A stretch of 61,467 bases of DNA, filler included, from Choristocarpus tenellus KU-1152 (GCA_964200185.2; 9 parts of 9 records of this genome joined end to end with filler, not necessarily neighbours in it), one strand, 5' to 3'; shown: positions 37,534-51,082, numbered from the whole stretch's first letter. The notes: generated by a model not told the origin, from the letters alone. Numbers and translations are program-made.

Positions 37534-38187
37534 GGAAGGATTTACGTGCCGACCAAGGTAACATGTAGAGAGGACAATCATGCACAGGTTTGTGCTTAAC
37601 ATAGGGCAGACAGTATTGAATTAATTCAATGTGTTCTGTCGAACGGTAAAGAGGCCATCAATTTCCAAAGCGCGCAGCAAAACGGTTGGGGGTGTGTGTG
37701 CCCATTTGAAACAGTAATCCTGAGCAGGAAAACATTTCGTCGAATCTCTAAAGTCAAAGATGAAGATGAAAGGAATTTACGCGCCGACCCAGGTTAGATG
37801 TCGGGAGGGCAATCATGCACAGGTATATGCATATGCTTGACATATGGCAGACAGTGAAGAATGAATTTGATGTGTTCTGTCAAACAGTAAAGGTCATCAC
37901 TTTCCAAAGCACGGCAAGACGGTTGGGTGTGTGTGCGTGTCCATTTGAAATACGAACAACCTGAGCAAGAAAATATTACGTCAAACCACGAAAGTGAAAG
38001 ATGAAGATGCAAGGAATTTACGCGTTGACCCGGGTTGTGATAGTAATGAAGGAATTTGATGTGTTTGTCGAACGGTATGGCCATCAAATTTCAAAGCGTG
38101 GCAAGACGGTTGGGGTATGTGTGTGTCCATTTGAAATACGAACAACCTGAGCAGGAAAACATTCCGTCGAACCGTGGAAGTGAAAGC
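37534..38187. repeat. ~240-bp tandem repeat (2 full units plus 1 internally deleted); inverted fragment at 35292-35365
   Basis: Unit starts GGA(A)TTTACG(C/T)G at ~37538, 37772 and 38013. Each unit has gtgttctgtcgaacggta...ttccaaagc...ccatttgaaa...cctgagca.gaaaa. Confidence 0.85.
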
Positions 38188-38193
38188 ATTAAT

Positions 38194-38265
38194 GGGTCAA
38201 AGTATCAGGGGGGGGGGGGGGGGGGGGTTGGGGGGGGGCGTCGGGTTCGGCGGAAACACCCTTTT
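38194..38265 (+). mobile_element. Family C TIR terminus at a contig end
   Basis: GGGTCAAAGTATCAG followed by a poly-G run. Confidence 0.55.
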
Positions 38266-38819
38266 NNNNNNNNNNNNNNNNNNNNNNNNNNNNNNNNNNN
38301 NNNNNNNNNTTAATTAATTAANNNNNNNNNNNNNNNNNNNNNNNNNNNNNNNNNNNNNNNNNNNNGGGGGCTGCCCAGGCTGGATGGCGCCCTTGCCCAT
38401 CGAGTGAGAGCAGCCCCCTCATGTGTCTCCCTCGTCATTGCTGAAACCAAAGAAGCTTTGGTTACTCCTCTTTCGGCCTCAAACTGCTCTAACAGGGAGG
38501 TCACCTCTGCCCTTGCCTGCTCCACCTCCTTACACTTCACTTTCACATCTGCTAGAAGCACCTTCTCCCTGCCAACAGCTGCGGCTGCCTCTCACAGGTA
38601 CTTCCTTGAGGAAGTCCAAGAAGAGGATGATGGAGGATGTATTGCAAACTTTGTCGTGGATCTGTCCATCACGGTAGAGAAGGAGCATTATATGAATCTT
38701 GTTTTTATATTTTTTATTCTGCATCATAAAGAAGAAGAATCTGCATAGCAAATGGCCCAGGATGTCATGAAGATGATAGACATGAGTACAAAGTTGGGGG
38801 CAATGGAGGAAATGGTGGT

Positions 38820-39772
38820 GGATCGGGACACCTCCATCGCGGACCTAGAGGGTAAACTCCAAGGAGTCAAGGAGGTGATGGCATTCCATGTCTTCTGCAT
38901 CCCCTTGACAACAATGTGCAGGCAGTACTGCTTGGGTGTTGTAAGATACTTGGTGTTAGATGGAATCCTCTATAGGGTCTGAATCACTCAATTGCACCTC
39001 CCACTTGTATCACTATGTGCTATGGTGTTATGTTTTTCTTTCCACTGTTCATCCTTAGCAGATGACCCCACTGCAGTAGAACAGATGCTAACTACGATGG
39101 CTATTGTTATCTCCCTGCCCAGGAACTAATAAAATACCATGGAATGAGTAATCAAGTGATCCGTAGGTTCACTGATGATATGTTCGAATTATCACAGTGG
39201 AGGAGAAGGATGTGATGATCAAGGTGACACATGTGATACATACATGTTTCTGAGATGAACTGATCTCAAACCCATTTGGTTGGGGTCATTCTTTGTATCC
39301 CACAGGAGATGGTGCAATGTGAATAGTAAGTACCACAAATGAGGTAATTTTTCCTTCTGTCAAAGTTACTTGTTCACCACATGTGTGTGTCAAGCGGAGA
39401 AGAGGAGAAGTACTCCTATGTAACAAGAAAAAGCAACCTGGTAAACTAATGATAACCTCCCCCCCTTACCCCTATCCACCCATATTGGCAGAGGCTACGT
39501 AAGAGACTACTTCCTGAGGCCTGCAGACTAAAGATCTCTGGATGAGTTTTCACCCTTGGCTCCCCTCTTTGTGATTCCAAGTGTGGTCAGGGGTAATTAC
39601 TCTGTTCCCCAGTGCTGTATGGTATGAGTTGGGGTGGGTGATGCTCCCCTTCCGGTGTTTTGGTAGTGTTATTTGTTGGTCCACTTGCTATCTCTTGAGG
39701 TGCCGTTGAAGCTGGATATGCATGTGGGAAATGATGAAGGATCTCATGGACACTGAAAATACGATACAAAGG
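38820..39772 (+). repeat. Dispersed ~1-kb repeat with exon/intron-like structure (copy 1)
   Basis: Reverse-complement similar to 42162-43007 and 50082-50497. Confidence 0.88.
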
Positions 39773-41367
39773 CCATTTGCCACTTCCTACCTCCCCCTTT
39801 CCTCCTTCCCCCTATTGACCCTGTTTTTTTTTTAGCACAGTGTTGCATGCCCTCGTACCAAAAGCCTCTAAACCCATACGGTAGAGGTGTGGTATTGTGC
39901 CAGTAGAGCTGTATATCGGAAAGATGAAGTACATTTGATGTTACACATTGTTTTTTGATTATTGTGTGTGTGTGCTCATTCCATCATCATTTTTGTTGAA
40001 GTATTTTGTGCTCACTATCATAAGGGTAATGGTCATTGGTGACGAACCATCCCAGGTGAACATCACAGCTGTCTATCACTGCCTGTCAAATAACCACTGC
40101 CTTTGTTCATGGACCCACTTGTACCAACAATCACTATTGCAGCTAACTGCAACTGTCCTCTCTGCTTTTGTACCTGTGTGTGTCCCTGTTCTTCCACCCC
40201 TCGATACTTGCCCTTTGATTGTTCTCATAATTTTCTCCTCTTCAGATGGGTCTCATTCCCTGCACCCATCATTGGGCTCTCTCTCCATCACACCTGGAAC
40301 CACTTCTCCCAGCATTGGGCAAAGCATTGGGATTGTTGTGGCAGCACCCCAGACCTCCCCGTTCTTGGGTGGAAAATCTACTGCATCAAATCCTGCTGCA
40401 GGGGAAGCTACACCTGCAAAGCCTTCTTGTACAGAAAACACTAACTCGTCATTGAGATTCCAGTTCACTGCTGGTGACTTTTCCAAGTTCGAGATTCCAT
40501 CATTTTCCATGGGCACGGCAGGCCCCTCTTCAACGTTCCGCTTCACTGTTGGGACAGACACATAGGAGAGTCGTTTGTTCAACGGAGGCAAGCCTACTGC
40601 TTGCACCCTTGGCTGAAATACTGCTGAGTCCGTAACAAGAAGGAGTGTATTGGGAGAGATAGAGGGAGAGCTGTGCAACATCCGTCCAGAGGGTGTTGGC
40701 TAGGATTCTGTGTTAGTGTCTCATCTTGAAGTGTTTACATGTGGCAAGATTTGTCAAGTAGAGATGAAAAGTATATGTGTCTCCCGATTTTTAGAAGTGT
40801 CGGGTACAGTAATGGATTGTCTAATTTGTTAGGATCAATTTTGTGTTTACTTTTCATCTCACATTACTAGCTGTATATGTATGTAGTGTCAAGGGTTTGT
40901 GGTAATTGGGTGTCAGAGTACGATACATGCACCGCCTACAGAGTGGTACATGCATCTGTTCTCAGTGACCCCTTTTCTGTGATCCTTAACTTGATACTAG
41001 TATGTTTTTTGTTGTGTTTATTGCTAATGCACTTTTGTGAGTTTGTGTGTGGTACAGACAAGATGTGCATGGTGTTGGGGAAGTGTATTGGACGAGGGTA
41101 TGGTGCTGCATGTGACATATTGACCCTCATGGGAGGTACCACTGTTGTGGCTATGGCATCTTGAATAGTACGGTACGATGATGATGTGTATAGCCTTATT
41201 GTCTTGCTGTTCTTGAAGAACTCTTGTATGAGTGAGTGTTTGTGTGATGTTGGAGGTGTGTGCTTGGCATTATCACAGAAATCTTGTTGGATTTGGTAAG
41301 CCCCCCACCACAGCTTGAATGAGATGATTATGGTGTTTTGGGCACTTGTACGTTCTGTGTAGCAACA

Positions 41368-41626
41368 GAGCCAAAGTATCCTAGAGGGTAGAGCCACGTC
41401 CATTTGGGGACCAAAATCCATTGTTGCGATTTTGATGTAATTGGCCATCGTGTTTGCTAGAAAGTGTCGATATCCATGTTCTGGACACACCTTTTCATAA
41501 TGTATACATTTTTCCTACTCCGAAATATTTTGTAATAGGAAAATGTGATAAAAAAAAACTCATGGGAGGCCAAACCCCAAATTTACAAACAGGGCAAAAC
41601 TCGCACCCTCTAAGATATTTTCACTC
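41368..41626 (+). mobile_element. MITE family A copy with 4-bp TSD AACA
   Basis: GAGCCAAAGTATCCTAGAGGGTA...CACCCTCTAAGATATTTTCACTC, with AACA on both flanks. Confidence 0.93.
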
Positions 41627-42161
41627 AACAGTTTGTGTTAGACCTGTACAAGTTCGTCTTGATGTTGGGGTCATCCTCAAGAGCAGTCAGTTCCTCGGTG
41701 CCAACCCTGTTCATGCCAGCAACAAGACCTCTTCTCTCCTGTGTGAGTGTTGGCTGCGTTGATATGTGGACAGTGTCAAGATCTTCAGCCCCTCAAAAGG
41801 CTCACCCCTGACGATGGGGATGATTGATTTCTTCTATGGCTTTGCCCCTAGGATGAAGTCCCTGTAAGATAATGGCAATATTTTTTATGGAGTGCAAAAA
41901 TCAATTGTATTTTAAAGCTAGGAGAGTGATGAAATGAGTCATTTCCCTTTTTGCAGTAGTGGACTTGCACATTGTACAATCGCAGGTAAGAAGAGGTGTA
42001 AAATGGAGTAAGAGATTGAAAATGATCACAACCACACATTCGTGAAGAAATTGAATCAGACTAGTGGCAATACATATCTACGATACACTATTGTAGCTGT
42101 CACTTAGGGGGAAAGTGTGTAGCTGATGATTCATTTTGCATTTCAACTTGGGAATGATATC

Positions 42162-43007
42162 CTTTGTATTGTTGGTATCCATCATATCCTTCATCATTTC
42201 CCGCATGCGTATCCAGCTTTAACGGCACCTCAAGAGATAGCAAGTGGACCAACAAATAACACTGCCAAAACACCGGAAGGGGAGCATCACCTACCCCAAC
42301 TCATACCATACAGCACTGGGGAACAGAGTAATTGCCTATGACCACACTCAGAACCACAAAGAAGGGAGCCAAGTAGTGTGAAATCTCACCCAGAGATATT
42401 TTCTCTGCAGGCCTCAGGAAGTAGTCTCTTGCGTAGCCTCTGCCAAAATGGGGGGATAGGGGTAAGGGGGGGAGGTTATCATTAGTTTGCCAGGTTGCCT
42501 TTTCTTGTTGCAGAGGAGTTTTATTCTCCGCTTGACACACAGGTGGAGAACAAGTACATTGTCAGAAGGAAGAATTACCTCATTTGTGGTACTTGCTATT
42601 CACATTGCATCATCTCCTGTGGGATATAAATAATGACCCCAACCAACTGGGTTTGAGTTCAGTTAGCCTCATAAATGTATGTATCACATGTGCCACCTTG
42701 GTTGTCAGATCTTTTACCTGCACTGTCTGTGACAATTCGAGCATATCATCAGTGAACCTACGGATCACTTGGTTGCTCATTCCACGATATTTTTGGAGCT
42801 TGTGGGTAGATGAATAACAATAGTCAAGGTAGTTAGCATCTGTTGTACTGCAGCGTGGGGTAAACTGCTAAGGATGCAGAGTTGTAAAGAATAACACAGC
42901 GGCACAGCACACAGTGATATGAGTGGGAGGTGTAATTGAGCGATTCAGACCCTGTAGAGGATTCAAGCTAGGACGAAGTATTTTACAACACCCAAGCAGC
43001 ACTGCCT
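42162..43007 (-). repeat. Dispersed ~1-kb repeat (copy 2, inverted relative to copy 1)
   Basis: The ORF track gives near-identical peptides HHFPHAYPA.TAPQEIASGPTNNT.KTPEGEHH.PQLIPYSTGEQSN on opposite strands (39587-39769 minus, 42126-42341 plus). Confidence 0.88.
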
Positions 43008-46000
43008 TAGTAATGCTGCTGGTTCCATGTCCTTGGGTATTTTTTGTAATTGGTGGGTACGGAATGCTACCTTAATGAGGAGGATCTACGGAGGTTCACA
43101 CTCCCATTCACAATAAGGGGATGCATGTACAATGTGATGAGAAATATGTGTGGGGTTTGGGGACTATTGGGGGCGCCACTTAATATGTTCAATTTGTACC
43201 CAAGCCCTGCAGACAGCAGTTCTCTATTCCACACTCTGTTCAACACTCTCAAGAATGACAGGTGATCCACAGCAAACATGTCTCTGTTGCATATTTTACA
43301 GTGTCTGCCCACCATTGATACTCTTTCAACGCTACATCGTGCGCTTTCTTCTTGCTTGCCGCTTTCAATTTTTTTGCAGTCAATAAATGAATATCGAAAG
43401 CATCCAATTCTGGTAAACACCAACTAATAATGATGAATCTTGCCCGCTACATCACCGACACTATTTTTGTGTGTACTATATACCTTTCTCTGTGTCTTCC
43501 GACAACACAAAACACACCTGCAGAGCTGCAGAACCTACGTTTGCCACTTGGCTGACTCAGTGGTTGCCTGTACTGCTGATGATACTATTTCTAGTATGGG
43601 TGCCTTTCGAATGGTCGGACTTTCATTTTGAAGAGCTCCATATATATTGAAATCTCCTTAGGAGCATTGGTGGTGAGAGGATAGTTGATCCTAACGTATA
43701 CCTAAAAGTTGAAATCCTGGGGAAGTTGTGGTAAGTATGCTACAACTGAATAATATTTTAGTCTGAGTGGATTATGGTGTTGAACAGCATGATGGGCATC
43801 AACACCGGAAGGTCCATCATATTAATCAATTTGGTGGGAGAATGGTGTGTACATCGAAGGGAGAACTATACGCACATGTTACGTACATGTACTACCAGAA
43901 CCTGGGGACAAGTGGTGGGGATATCACCAACCAGTTGGGATTGAGATCAGGTCACTTTGACTTGGTAGAGCCTAAGTGTGTTATTCAGGTACGATGACTT
44001 ACATGGGCCTATGTGGTGTACCAGTTGTTAGAAATGATCTTGGATTCTTTTCGCACTGCTAAATTGGTGGTGGTTGTACAGAAGAAGTTGTGTATGGTGT
44101 GTGTATGCGTCTCTGTCTGTCGTATGTGTTCGAAGCATTAGCAGTATGTCTGAGTGAAGTGTTGCGTGTGGCACTACCACTATACATACACACTGGTTTG
44201 TGTGCAGTAGATACATCATTTCTTCATATTTTTTATTGTAGAAGGTATGTATGCAATGGTTCTTTTTCATGGTGTATGTATCATGTGGTGTGTGTATAGT
44301 GTCGTATACATCGCACGTACATATGTACTAGTAACAATACTACCATTACAACCACTACTGCACGCGTTTGTTCATTGTTTTGTCTTGTGAGACGATGTTG
44401 ATGATGATGTATGTGTGTAGAAAGCATTGATCGATGATCAGTTTTATAGTGAGTGTTGGTCCTGGACCTGACACCTCCTTTTCTCTCTCGTTTCTCCAAA
44501 ACGCTCGCTCTTATTATCTGTTATTTGTCTTCCGTATCTTTATTGATGTAGTGAGTCGTAAACAGGGTTGGATTTTAAGGATGCTGATAAATATGTAAAA
44601 ATTTGGCTTTTTAAAAATGTGGATAGGAAATTTTGTGAATTGTATCCAAAAAGTCCCCAACAACAGAGAAACAAAAGCTCTCAAGTCAAACTTAGAACTT
44701 CATCATCTATAGAAATATAGGTGAATTGCAAAAGATTGAGAAACAGACTTGAAATGGAAATCAGACGAAACGTCGGTACCTCTTGTTTACTTTGATTCAG
44801 TAGTAGTAGTAAAAGTACCTGTAAATTGTAGTAGTTAGTAGTTAGATTCATTGTACTAGTAGTCCCAGTATTAATTAATTAGTACTGCGGTGATATACAG
44901 AAAACAACACAGTTCACAAAATACGGGGTTACGACAAATCAAACAGATAACACTGTCACTGAGTGGGGAGGCATGACACGACTTAGATTGCTGGAAGAGC
45001 GCGCGGTTGCATACGTCACGGCGCGAGATAAAATATTACCTCCATTTTCAACCTCCTCTCCACTCAACTCAACAACCACAAAAAACACTCCATTATTATT
45101 TCTAGGAAATATCACTTTGGGTTTCATTAACCGACTCCTCCTTCCTGTCTCAAAATATCCTGTCTGTGTTGAAAGTGACAGCATTGGTTTGGAAGTGGAT
45201 ACGTCGAAAGTGGTCGCATTGGTGTGGATGTGGATAGTAGGTGAAAGTGTCTGGAGGGGTTTGTGAGTGTGCTGGTGGAGAGTGACCGCAACAGTGCTGT
45301 GAGACTGGATAATAACAACGGAAATTGGTCGTATAGTTGTGGTTGGTTGGGGTGGTAATAAGGTGGTGGTTGGAGTTGGTTGTGTTAGAACGCGATGGTA
45401 GTGTGATGTTGGTGTGGCATCAGTTGTTGGGGAGTGGAATGGATTGAATTCTTTGAGAAAGCAAAATATATATTTTCTTGGTTCTCCTCATCATCAATCG
45501 TATTACATTTTGACGAGAAGAAGGAGTCTGGAACCTCAGACTAGCAGCATATACAATAATATAATACCTTTGAAAGACACTAAATTCCACTGGCTCCATC
45601 AAGTCCACATCTCTTGAGTTTTCTAGAGTTAATAAGTGATAATATTTATCACATCTATCTAGAGCTGATCCGGAAGATCGACCAATAATCAATGATCAAC
45701 CCTTACTAAGACTGTTCGCCAATTTTGCAAGCATTTCTTTCCAGCGACCACTTTTTGTTGTATACTGCAGATGATGTTGCTCTTCGAAAATCAAATCAAA
45801 TCAAAGATTGATGGAAATGGTGTCTGTTGTTTCGTCATGTATTCTCTACCTTACATAATGCGCTGTGTTTCTTCATATGACCCTTTCAAACCAACATCTC
45901 CAAAATGTTGGTGGATGGGTATAATAATATATATATACTGATTGTTGAATGAAGTAGAAAAGTGGCTTGTTCTGGCTCCAAAAGACACCTAGCTTCACAT

Positions 46001-46049
46001 TTCTTTGATTAGTTAGTCATATATATGGAGTGGCTGACCTGTTTGTGCG

Positions 46050-48585
46050 ATGGAGAGGCAACACTTGCTTCCGGTAAAATCTGTCCCTTCCTTTCTGACG
46101 AAGCTCTTCCTGATGGTGACATGTCACGACGAGCGAGCCACCATCTCTTACCTTGACGGTAAGAAGAGAAATCTCAAGTCAAATCGTGTGCTCTATCACA
46201 GCAACAACCTCAACCAGTTGCGCTCTTCATCACAACAACGAACTTTCAACCTCCATTCATGAATCTCCATCCTCGATTGATGTTAACATCCAACTTCCGA
46301 CCCTCTCACGAACTCCTCGTCACAAAAAATCGAAGACCCTGCATAATATATATTCTCTTCAACGCCTTTCATTGCCAACACTAGTTCCTCGTACACACCT
46401 ATATCGTACAGTGGTTAGTAGATGAACCTTCCTCCTTCCATATATGAGGGTCAAAGTATCTCGGGGGGGGGGGTGTCGGCGTCCGTTTTTGACCACAAGT
46501 GGGTGAATGGTGCTTGCTTTCTTTGACGGAAACGACTTGTTTACGCATTGGGCGTTCGGGCACTACACTTCTACTGGTTCCTCGTTCCTTCCATCATTAT
46601 TGCGTGGTTTCCTTTTCTCACCAAACCCCTTGATGCGACTACCTGTCTCTTCCTCACTCACTCTCCTGAGTCTACGAGTGTCTAGCCGAAATCCTCGCAC
46701 AGTCCCCACTATTGCGTGGCTGGCGTATTCGCCTTTCGTTGTTTTTTTTGCTTGGACAGGAAACCTGATCGTTATCGATCCCAAGCGTCTGGTCTCAGAC
46801 CTGCTCCCACGGTACTTCAAACGTCCAAATGTTACATCATTCCAGAGGCAGTTATGCTACTTCGGCTTCCGCAAGATCGTCGGGAAGGGATGGATCAAGG
46901 TTTGGCTACCAGGGGTGCGGAAATCATTGGCAAACTTAGATAGTACACATTCTGTGTGCATATATGTGAGTGCATGTATGTGTATGCCTCGTTCTTTCCT
47001 TGAGAGAGAGAGAGAGAGGAAGGAGCGATACATCTAGTACTCCGTATCCTCACGAAGAGGTGCATGATGGCTTCCTAATATTCCTTTCACCATTCATCCA
47101 TTCTGTTTATGAAGGTATACATTTATGTGTACTACCTATTCATATCTTTGCCCTGCTCTAAATCTTTCCTGAAAGAACAAAGACATTGGGGCCTGTTGGA
47201 GCGCTTCGATCACCGCTCACAATTGCTGCTCCACATTATCAATCCTGCATAATCCTGGCTGGCCGCGCCCGCCCTGTCAGAGACTCAGGAGGGGTAGATT
47301 AACTGCAATGAAATGATTGTACTGTCACTACAACCTTTATTACTAACACTTGTGGTCCAATATAGTAGCCCAGTATCTAGAGCTTGATGAGCGTATACAG
47401 CTTCCCCCTCTTGCTTGATACTTGCCCACGACAAGAATTTCCCAGACCCTCATCGCAGTGCATCGTATTTTTCCCACAAAAATTCTGACTACGCCCTGAG
47501 ACGGCAGTTTCTAAACGAGTATGCTGGTGTTTTTCGAAATGCAACCAATCTTGTTCTTGCTGTGGTTTATAGTTTGAGGTGTTTGGTTGTTTTTGGTGCG
47601 AGTGGGTAGCACTGCAATCCACTGCACTGCAGCGAGATCACTTAGAAAGTACTGAAGGACTGTTAGTATCCACTGCGTACAAATAAGCACGGTATCATCA
47701 CACAGCTCTGAGCATAGACTTGTCGCCTCCATTTCTCCCCATCAACAGTCCACCGACCGCTTTGCTCACATTCAACTTCTTGACCTCTGCTGCATTGCTT
47801 TCCCCCCTCACACGGATTTGTGCGTCTTCCGTCATGGTGTCAGCCTTCTATCTTCTACAATTACAGGCTGCAGGTACGCCTTTACTCTATAGGTCTGCCT
47901 AGGTCAGGTCATTCACCACTGGACCCTAAATGGGGGTTTGTTGATATCGCTATTGAGGTAGTTATATATTTATGGACAGTCCAGCACAAATCAGCATTTG
48001 CTGCATTAGATCTAACTCTACTTCCTACTTGCGGCAAGTCATTTTATTATATTTTGTTTTTTGCAACAATCTGGTGAATCATTCAATTCATTTCCACTGT
48101 GTGTGATTTATCCCCACGAACATTCAACACACAATTTGCAGGGTGAAAATCCGGAAAGGATACTTACCCTTCGTCGATATACGAGACTTAAGTCACGGGG
48201 CTCAGAGATAGACATCAGAATTAAGGACTCCCTGCCCATGCCCTCAAGTAGGAAAGGGTACAGCCGCAAGGAGGAATTGTCCGTTGGGGGCAGGGGGAGA
48301 GGCCTCCCTACGCTCCTTGGCACACCATCCTCACACTCGAGAAGACAGAACAGTGCTGAGATCGGGTCAGTGAAACTCCCAGAATTCGGCAGCAGTAGCA
48401 TCACGAGGAGTGGCCACAGGGCGGAAATCAGCAGCACCTCCAGGTCTGACAACCTAAGCGATGATAACAGAGGGGCTGATGCCTCTACTGCAACATTCAA
48501 TGTCCATCCTATTACTCTGCCGGTGGTACTTTCAGATGAGGAAATGTTGACATCAATAGAGTCTGGCAGCTTCTGGCCTGCTTGA
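46050..48585 (+). CDS. HSF-type DNA-binding domain gene, possibly a pseudogene; segments 46050-46115, 46385-46444, 46760-46899 and probably 48142-48585
   Basis: PSFLTKLFLM | YIVQWLVDEPSSFHI | LIVIDPKRLVSDLLPRYFKRPNVTSFQRQLCYFGFRKI | GENPERILTLRR follow the HSF consensus (PFLTK, IISW, LP.YFKH.NFSSFVRQLN.YGFRK, P.LL..I.RR). No clean splice path joins segments 2 and 3. Confidence 0.7.
46448..46500 (+). mobile_element. Family C TIR terminus inside the HSF gene
   Basis: GGGTCAAAGTATCTCGGGGGGGGGGGTGTCGGCGTCCGTTTTTG, resembling the terminus at 30299. Confidence 0.6.
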
Positions 48586-50081
48586 CTCAATCAAACCTTC
48601 CTGGTGACTTGTTTGCCATTTCTCGTTATGTATTGAGTACTTTCAAGGAATGATCAATTCGTCCTTCAAGGTTGGCTGGGAAGGATATGGTCAAGGGGAG
48701 GTTGGCAATGTTATATGTTTGCGGTAGTACTGTTGGCTCATCATTCGTGTGTGACCCTCCAAAAAGTTGGAACAACATGGCCATCCAAACAATTGTCTTT
48801 TGGTTGGGTTGAATATTGGTAGGTGTCCTTTTTCTTCTGCAACACCTTTCCAAATTACTTAGCCTTATCCACAAAACCAGCTGTGTACATTGTGTGAATC
48901 TAAAGTTTTGACCTTGCCCTGAGAATTTCTAGTGTATCACTGGTACAGGTTGCTGTAGCAATGTGGGTTGCTTGATCAAGGGTGGAGGCAAGAAGTATAT
49001 CACCACCACAAATCGTTTTGCTATACCCCCAATGATACTATGCAAGAATAGGCCTATCATGTAGATATTATTCACACAACATTTTGTCAGTCCAGAACTA
49101 ACTTTTGGTGGGCAGAGGGAGGTTTTAATTCTTGAAACGTGAAGAGCATTTATCTCCTAGATGGAAAACAAAACGGGTTTTCTTCAGCTAGTATTGTTCG
49201 TAGCAGGCAAGGAACCCCAGCTATATTCATACAAATATATATATATATGTGAGCTTAACCTGGCATTTTGTAATGCATGTGTACATTCCTTGTGTTGCAT
49301 ATTGAGGATCTTGGAGAGAGAGGAATATGCTTTTTGGGCACCAAGTAATATAATGTAAATAATGGTGAGATCAGTTGGATGGATACAACCAACCACGACC
49401 ACAGCAAAGTCAATACAAGTCTATTCTATAGAGGTAGAAGAAATGCTCATGATGATATGATATTTTGGGAAGGAAGAAGGGCCTATAAAGCCATTCATTG
49501 CTCCTGCTCATGATAATGCTCTTTGTTGGGTGGTTGCTGTTGCCAATGCTGCTACATATTGTGTTTGTTCATCTATTATGTGGGTGTGGAAATATACGGC
49601 AGGCAGTTTATCTTGCACCACCAATCAACAAGGATTACTTTGTGTTGACTATGTACTTTGCAGTAGATGATAGAATGTGCTATTTATGTGTGAGGCATAC
49701 ATACACATGAATTTGGAATATTATACAATTATATTCACAGTTTTGTGTATCATTTTAGTAGCGACAATAATAGCAAATGAAACGAAGTAGTAGTAGTGCA
49801 ATCGCTCTTCTTTTCAGAACACACACTTCTTACTAAGTCAAACCACTAGAGATGTCGACAGTGTTGGATCTTTTTGCACTCTAAGCCTCCACCCTTACCC
49901 TGTGCAATACACTCCATTTAATTGCTTCATGTGAATAATGGTTAACACAAACTTGATATTTCCCCTTTCCACACACAAAGTGACACCACAATCCAGCAAA
50001 GGCTCTTTCTGCAATTGTACAAAATGACATATTTTGGCCCTTTCTCCGGATTCTTAAAATACAACCTTGCCTACATCTCGT

Positions 50082-50497
50082 AAATGTATGTATCACATAT
50101 GCCACCTTGGTTGTCAAACCGTTTACCTGCACTGTGACAATTCGAACATATCAGTGAACCTCCAGATCACTTGATTCCATGGTATTTTTTTAGTTCCTGG
50201 CCAGGGGGATAACAATAGTCAACGTGTTTAGCATCTACTCTATTGCAGTGGGGTCAACTGCTAAGGATGAACAATGAAGAGAAAAACATAACACCACAGC
50301 ATACAGCGATACCAGTGGAAGATGCAACTGAGCGATTCAGACCCTGCAGATGATTCCATCTAACACCAAGTATCTTGTAACACCCAAGCAGTACTGCCTG
50401 CATGCACATTGATGTCAAGGGGATGCAGAAGACGTGGAATGTCATCACCACCCTGACCCCTCAGAGTCCGCCCTCTAGGTCCACGATGGAGGTGTCC
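50082..50497 (-). repeat. Dispersed ~1-kb repeat (copy 3, partial, ends at a linker)
   Basis: Reverse complement of ~38826-39250 (peptide VM.FHVFCIPLT.MC shared). Confidence 0.85.
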
Positions 50498-50616
50498 NNN
50501 NNNNNNNNNNNNNNNNNNNNNNNNNNNNNNNNNNNNNNNNNTTAATTAATTAANNNNNNNNNNNNNNNNNNNNNNNNNNNNNNNNNNNNNNNNNNNNGGT
50601 GGGGGGGGGGGGGGGG

Positions 50617-50661
<45 letters not shown>

Positions 50662-50836
50662 ATTAGGATGCAACAACCGTATTAGAGCTGAATTAGGTGT
50701 AGCGGAACAGCCGGGTCAGCTTTCTTAATCCCTTTTTTTGTTTTGTTGAACCGCTTGTGGTGTGTGATCTGTGGTATGCAGTCCATGACTAACTAACCGG
50801 GCTGCTTGTACTGACCTTTTGTACTTTTTCTTTTTT

Positions 50837-51050
50837 GTTATTGTGATGTTATTGTGATGTTATTGTGGTGTCATTGTGGTGTCATTGTGATGTTATTGTG
50901 ATGTTATTGTGGTGTTATTGTGGTGTTATTGTGGTGTTATTGTGGTGTTATTGTGGTGTTATTGTGATGTTATTGCGACGTTATTGTGATGTTATTGTGG
51001 TGTTTTTGTGATGTTATTGTGGTGTTATTGTGGTGTTATTATGACATTAT
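50837..51050. repeat. 11-bp minisatellite GTTATTGTG(A/G)T, ~19 copies
   Basis: Direct inspection. Confidence 0.95.
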
Positions 51051-51082
51051 TATGACGTGTAGTATGAACTCCTCTCGATCAG

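Noticed and set aside
39948-40565. FG-nucleoporin-like 205-aa ORF
   Set aside because: Low-complexity S/T/P/F sequence without true FG repeats or a credible start. It may be a terminal exon but cannot be supported.
47377-47732. MULE or Merlin transposase fragment
   Set aside because: Only 4-5-residue resemblances (LHF...RLE, TINHS), which is insufficient.
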